DNA of 32,000 nucleotides from Trichodesmium erythraeum IMS101 (GTDB lineage Bacteria; Cyanobacteriota; Cyanobacteriia; Cyanobacteriales; Microcoleaceae): NCBI RefSeq assembly GCF_000014265.1, contig NC_008312.1, positions 4,770,001 to 4,802,000 of the forward strand, read 5' to 3'. Shown piece by piece: positions 26,929 to 32,000 of this stretch (position 1 is its first letter; each line of letters starts with the position of its first letter). The notes under the pieces were generated by a model. It saw only the letters and a program-made list of their open reading frames with translations, ran no database searches and was not told where the DNA came from. The position numbers and the translations under genes were made by a program.

Positions 26929-27176
26929 GGACTTAACAGTTAAATACAAATTAACTATGTTCATTTAAAATTACACATACATAGCGATATTGTAGCAGTA
27001 TGAGTAAGGAGCGAAAACTATGTGAATAAGTAGTTTGAGTTCTAAGCAATTTGAAGCCTGTTCTTGAAAATAAGTTACAGACTGCGGTCAGTGGCATAAG
27101 GGTAAAACACTGAAGCTAGCTTCAAAGCTTGTGTAATCAAATATATGTAAGTTTGGGTAGGTTTAGTAGAATAGTT

Positions 27177-27959
27177 GGTAGTCCTGCATAGTAATGGTCA
27201 AGTACAAATTGTGTTATTATAGTGATGAACGAAGTTCCATATAGCTCCAATGTGATTACTTAATTTTTTAGAAAATGATAATGTTTTTCTTACTAACCGT
27301 CCGATGCGTTGTCGCATTGTATTGTTAAACCTTTCTATATAGCTAGTTTGAGCAGTTTCCTTCCCTACAGCCTTGTGTCCCATTGATGGTAATACTATCT
27401 CGTAAGCTTCCCAAAAATCAGTGTAGCAAATTGCACATTGACGATATACTCCAGGTAAAGATTGCCAGAGACCTTGAGCTGACTTTTGAGAGCGCTCGCC
27501 AATATATACTCCTAGATTGAGCGCTCGCTAACATCTATAGCGAGCCAAATCCATTTCTTATTTGTTTTAGAGCCAACATAAGACCACATTTCGTATCCGT
27601 TGAATTGTCAATTTACCCGTTTTTTTTTGAGTAACATCAACTTTTTGTTGAATTTGCTCATACTTATTATTAACGTAAATCTGTAGCCATCTTTCTGAAA
27701 CACCAGTAATTCTTGCGATCGCAGCCAATGCTAATCGCTCTAACAACATTTTATCAATCATCACTCTTGTTGCCTCATCACTCTTGTTGTCTGCTAGGAT
27801 TCTCGACAAATTGTCGTCCAAACACTAGGCAACGAAACCGAGGCTTACCGTAGTGAGTATGTCCATATTTGATGATTTTAGTAGATTGGCATTTAGGACA
27901 GTGCATAGCTATAAAATTAAATTTTAATTTATATTTTACCATTACTATGCAGGACTACC
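27177..27959 (-). mobile_element. IS1-family insertion sequence, copy C (different subtype, defective)
   Basis: 783 bp. The IRs are GGTAGTCCTGCATAGTAATGGT at 27177.. and its complement ending at 27959. An 8-bp direct repeat GAATAGTT lies at 27169..27176 and 27960..27967. The minus strand encodes MHCPKCQSTKIIKYGHTHYGKPRFRC..GRQFVEN, then MIDKMLLERLALAAIARITGVSERWLQIYVNNKY in another frame. A T9 run (A9 on the coding strand) lies at 27620..27628. The InsB-like part (YTDFWEAYE...ERFNNTMRQRIGRLVRKTLSFSKKLSNHIGAIWNFVHHYN) contains further stops. Confidence 0.85.
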
Positions 27960-28023
27960 GAATAGTTTAATCAGAATAAACTCTTTTTAGTCCTGTGATT
28001 TTTGTTTTTCGCAAAGCTCTCTT

Positions 28024-28995
28024 GGTAGTCCTGTATATGTAGTGATAAAATTACAGTGAAGCGATCGCTTCATTATAATGATTAATGAAATACCAAATAT
28101 CTCCTAGATGGGACCGAAGCTTTTTAGAAAAGGATAAAGTCTTTCTGACCAACCGAGAAATTCTTTGACGCAAAGTATTATTCAATCTTTCTATATAAGC
28201 TGTTAAACCTGAATATTCCCCACTGATTTATGTCTCTCTTCAGGAAAGACAAGCTCGTAAGCTGACCAAAAATCTGTATAACAAACTGCACACGGCCTTA
28301 AGACACCCGGTAATGAATTCCATAATCTATGCTGCCCCTTTTTCTCCTCTTTCCCCTAAGTAAAAACCCACAATTTCTTTAGTTTCTATATCAATCGCTA
28401 ACCACAGCCATTATTTATTATTTTTATTGCCTACAAATGACCACATTTCATCACATTGAATGGTGAGTTTACCGGTTTTTTTTTAGTACATTTAATAGAG
28501 CGTGAAACCTCAGCATACTTATTATTGACGTAATTCTGGAGCCATTTTTCTGACACACCTGTTACACGGGTTATACCAGCTAAACTAATTTTTTCTCTAT
28601 TTTAATTTATCAATAAGTTCTTTGGTTTCATTACTAATATAATCTCTTTGACTATTTTCGACAAATTGTCAGAGACAATTTTGACATTGATATTTTTGTT
28701 TTTTGTTGTGAATATTCCCATTTTTGACAATATGATTACTGCCACAACTAGGACAGATTAATTTATGAATGGACATCTGAATTATATAGATTTTTTCTTA
28801 TTACTGTCATAGATAATAGCATACTTTTTTCATGATAGTTGAGTTTAATTCTTGATAGTTTGATGACTGATTATTATGTAGCGATAGCCTAGATAAAAAT
28901 TTTGAATTATTAAGCATAAAAAACTTAATGTTTTCAAGATTAATGTCAATAAATAATCATTTATATTGGCTTATCACTACATATACAGGACCACC
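28024..28995 (-). mobile_element. IS1-family insertion sequence, copy B (uninterrupted length, defective)
   Basis: 972 bp. The IRs are GGTAGTCCTGTATATGTAGTGATA (28024..) and ...CAGGACCACC (..28995). An 8-bp direct repeat GCTCTCTT lies at 28016..28023 and 28996..29003. It is nearly identical to copy A and carries the same insA TGA (complement of 28669..28671) and the same broken HTH frame. Confidence 0.85.
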
Positions 28996-30163
28996 GCTCT
29001 CTTATAGTCTGGTGTGCATTGAAGTCGGCAATCACTTTTTTGGTAACCTGGGAGCACAACTGCTAGGGTTCTATATAATACGAACAAATATAGACCAACA
29101 AAGGCTTTTACTTCAATTTGGGGGGAGCAGGGGTTATAGCAATTTTTAGCGCATCGACGTCATGCTCTGATATGGAGAGACTTTGACTTATTTTTTCAAC
29201 CAGAAAATGTTTAAGTACCAATATAAACTGTTGCGTAAAATAAAAAGTTGCAGGCTATAAAATTTGTTGCAGGAATTGATATAGTCCTACCCATTTAGAA
29301 TGTCGATATTTTCAAATATAGTCCGTGCTGTGTTAAGGAACTTCAGCTATATTCATCTACTTGTACTACTACTGCTGATAGTGGAATTATAAGGACTGTT
29401 TACTTATATCTACTTCAAAAATTATAACTGTTATTTAACAAAACAAATATCAGAAAAAAATATACGGATCTACTATTAATTTTAATATTATAAACTACTC
29501 TGTGGATGATTTTTATTCAACCTTTTATGCTTTTCTTAAAAGATCCAAATTCTATATACTTAATTATCAATTATCAGATTTCAAAAAATAAGTTTGTATC
29601 TTAAAACAAATATGTTAGTATTGACCAGCAAAAAAATATTATCAGATTTAAAATATATAGGTAATTTGCATAATATCAGTCTTAGTAATGGGTATATTTC
29701 AAGATATAATTTATAATATTGGTATGTTCACACTTAAATTACTTCTTTGGCAAAATAATAGTAATTAGACATGATATCTACATAATTCAAGAAATAAGTT
29801 ATCGAAATTGTTAAATTTGATTATTATAATTATTGTAATTTTAATAATTTGATTTCTGTTTTTTATGAATGGTATTATTGGTAGATACAACAATTCTATC
29901 TGAAGAGTTAAAGAGATGGACCACTAGAAGGCAGGAGGCAGAAGGCACTGATGCTTAAAGAACAAGAGTTTGAGTAATTTTTTAAGAAGTCTAGTGATTT
30001 TACAAATGATTTAGGATAGCTGATTATTAATCAAGACTTACCCAGAAACCGGGTTGATGAACTACAATTTACAATCATTTTGCGTTAAATTAGGGTAATA
30101 AATCTGGTTTCTTGGTTAGGGTTATAATAGAAGCCCAGTTTAATGAAAAAATAACTATCACTT

Positions 30164-30823
30164 ATGATTAAAATCAAACATTCAATTAATCTCCATAAGG
30201 GTACCACCTTGATTTTCATATTGGTACTAATGATAGCCTACCAAAACTTTACTTTAGGTCCTTGGATTTATCTAGCTCTACATGGTACCTATGGAATTTT
30301 ATGGCTACTAAAAGACCGTATCTATCCAGACAAACAATGGGAGGAAGAAATACCTGTTATACAAAGTATTATGATGTTTGTAATTATAGGTTTATATTGG
30401 GTAGCTCCTTATATTTTAATTAGCAGTGGAACTGAACCTCCAATACCTTTAGTAGCTGCTGCTATTTGTCTTAATATTTTTGGAGTTTTCCTCCACTATA
30501 GTAGCGACGCTCAAAAATATTATACCCTCAAATATAAGCCAGGATTAATCACAGAAGGATTCTTTGCTCGTTGCCGAAATACAAACTATTTAGGGGAAAT
30601 GTTTATTTATATTTCCTTTGCAATGTTAGCCCAACATTGGCTACCTTTTTTAATTTTAGGAGGTTTTTTTGCCTTAATATTTATTCCTAATATTCTGAAA
30701 AAAGATAAATCTTTGTCTCGTTACCTAGAATTTACAGAATATAAGACTAATTCAGGTTTAATTATTCCTCAACTATGGGGTGATAATTTTATTAACCAAG
30801 AAGCTAAAAAAGTTAGTAAATAA
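30164..30823 (+). CDS. polytopic membrane protein, DUF1295 / ICMT-PEMT-like (steroid-reductase or methyltransferase superfamily)
   Basis: 219 aa with about 5-6 TM segments. The C-terminal motif RCRNTNYLGEMFIYISFA resembles the RHPNY(F/L)GE signature of this superfamily. Confidence 0.5.
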   Translation: MIKIKHSINLHKGTTLIFILVLMIAYQNFTLGPWIYLALHGTYGILWLLKDRIYPDKQWEEEIPVIQSIMMFVIIGLYWVAPYILISSGTEPPIPLVAAAICLNIFGVFLHYSSDAQKYYTLKYKPGLITEGFFARCRNTNYLGEMFIYISFAMLAQHWLPFLILGGFFALIFIPNILKKDKSLSRYLEFTEYKTNSGLIIPQLWGDNFINQEAKKVSK

Positions 30824-31312
30824 AATAGTTAAAACATTTATTAAAAAATAAGTAGGAATAGCTTAGATCATGTCCGGATAATTATAAAAAAGCCTATGGT
30901 TTGTAGTAGGGCTTTCCAATTTTAAATATTTACCCTAGATATCTTGCCCTACTACAAGCTTTAATTATAACTATAAATGCGGACATAATATTAATTGAAG
31001 ATTTACTTTATAAAGCTTTCAAAAACTAAAAATAATTAAATTATTTATTTGGCTTTAAAACTAAACAAAATTCCCCAAATATATCAGACAATACCAATAA
31101 ATTTAAAACCTTCTCTTTGAAATATATGATATCTAATGGTATGGTAAACTTTCCTAATATTTAAGCAAGGAGGCATGAAAAAAACTTGGCTATATTAAAA
31201 TTTGTATACTAACTCTAAGAGGGTATCTGTAAAAAAAAAGATTAAAATAAAACAAGGGGTAAGTAAAACAGAGAAAATGGAAGTGATCAACTAGAAGTGA
31301 AACATTGAGAAC

Positions 31313-32000
31313 ATGACTTGCTCTTCCCTATTCCACAGACCTAAGAAAGTGATAGCCCCCATACTACCTGTGGCTAATTCCGAAACATCCAGAGGTAGGA
31401 AACAAACAGTGGAGTTATCAGAAGTTGTTAAAAGTATTCTCTACAGTCGTAGTAGTAGTTGTGCCTGGGAACTTTTACCCCATGACTTCCCAGCAGCCTT
31501 GACTGTGTATGGTGATTTGCCGAAAATGGCAGGAGTATTGGAATCTGACAACAGATTCACCCTCGCCCACGAGCTCATGTATGCTAATAAGAGGGACAAA
31601 ACCTAAAATCCATAGGGGGGATAATTGATAGCAAATTAGTGAAAAAAACTTAGATACGATGAGTAGAGCGTGGCTTTTATTGAGGCTAAAAAGTCAAAGG
31701 TCGGAAACGCCACACCCTAGTAGAAACATTGGGGCTGGTATTAGTGGTGCTAGTTCATGCTGCAAATATATCATATTTGATAGCTGGGAGGATATTGCTA
31801 GCAGAATCTAGCCTTTCAGTTCCAAGGCTATAAAAGGTTTGGGCTGAACGAGGTGTTCGAGGTGAGGGGTTACAGCAAGTCGCGGATGAATGGGAGCTTC
31901 ACCAGGAGGAGGTTGAACGTTATTAAAAGAATTTTGAGTTTGAACTTTGAGGTTAGGTGGTGGATAAAACTTTAGGTAGGCTGGGACGCCAAAGACAACT
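31313..32000 (+). pseudogene. IS5-family transposase pseudogene (DUF4096-type N-terminus + DDE part), runs off the window
   Basis: ELSEVVKSILYSRSSSCAWELLPHDFPAALTVYGD parallels the [32 protein letters not shown] signature. Downstream frames give IIDSKLVKKT, KVKGRKRHTLVETLGLVLVVLVHAANI, and FEL.G.VVDKTLGRLGRQR, with stops and frameshifts. Visibly higher G+C than the flanks. Confidence 0.6.

Noticed and set aside
14370-28995. IS1 copies A and B plus the enclosed 12 kb moving as one composite transposon
   Set aside because: Each copy is flanked by its own matching direct repeat (CCAAAATAT around A, GCTCTCTT around B). A composite insertion would place one duplication at the two outer ends only. 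The copies therefore inserted independently.
6189-28995. MITE-like elements being deletion derivatives of the IS1-family copies, because both contain GTCCTG/CAGGAC at their ends
   Set aside because: The shared core is only 6-7 nt and is topologically inverted. In the IS1 copies GGTA is outermost (GGTAGTCCTG...), whereas in the MITEs CAGG is outermost (CAGGACTTACG...). Target duplications also differ: 8-9 bp against 5 bp.
17285-29020. Short recurring motifs: GGTGTGCA(T) at about 20565, 20676 and 29009; GAATTGCAC at about 17286 and, inverted, 20569; ATTC(C)AGGTGAGAT at about 17301 and 23847
   Set aside because: These are only 9-13 nt matches. With about 32,000 positions on two strands, on the order of a hundred exact 11-mer coincidences are expected by chance, and more in AT-biased DNA. 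They are not evidence of a shared element.
28928-29149. 73-aa ORF at the right edge of IS1 copy B
   Set aside because: It starts inside the IS1 leader and terminal repeat and runs into flanking AT-rich DNA. It has no recognisable features.

Overview
This 32 kb window is AT-rich, roughly one-third G+C by eye. It looks cyanobacterial: the HIP1 octamer GCGATCGC occurs at 466, 2861, 9059, 10077 and elsewhere, and STRR-like heptamer tracts lie between genes. I found no rRNA, tRNA or CRISPR array. There are three blocks. (1) 1..4362 holds the 3' part of a DUF1156-like DNA methyltransferase gene followed by a 1065-aa HKD(PLD)-nuclease/SNF2-helicase fusion. This is a restriction-modification-like defence gene pair whose upstream partners would lie outside the window. 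(2) 4821..23767, plus an outlier at 25204..26496, is a dense island of intact tailoring-type enzyme genes in two divergent arms. The genes are a P450, an O-methyltransferase, an EamA exporter, a racemase-like protein, 2 TauD-type oxygenases, a Tas-like aldo-keto reductase, a GATM-type amidinotransferase, 2 sulfotransferases, an NTF2-like protein, an Old Yellow Enzyme, 2 di-iron hydroxylase/desaturase paralogues and a GT61 glycosyltransferase. No PKS, NRPS or other recognisable scaffold-forming gene is present in the window. The amidinotransferase + 2OG oxygenase + sulfotransferase + exporter combination recalls cyanobacterial guanidine-alkaloid toxin loci (cyr, sxt), but the gene set is neither of them. 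This is my best candidate for an undescribed system. (3) The island is riddled with, and followed by, dead mobile DNA. This comprises three IS1-family copies, one carrying a nested IS5/Harbinger-like fragment, plus an IS903-like IS5 element with a 9-bp target duplication. There are also an IS4/IS1634-like scrap, another IS5-family pseudogene running off the 3' edge, a transposase-like pseudogene between the P450 and O-methyltransferase genes, and a family of about 82-90 bp MITE-like elements. Every transposase reading frame I could follow is broken, whereas every metabolic ORF is intact. All functional calls rest on motif recognition and remembered family similarity, not on database searches.
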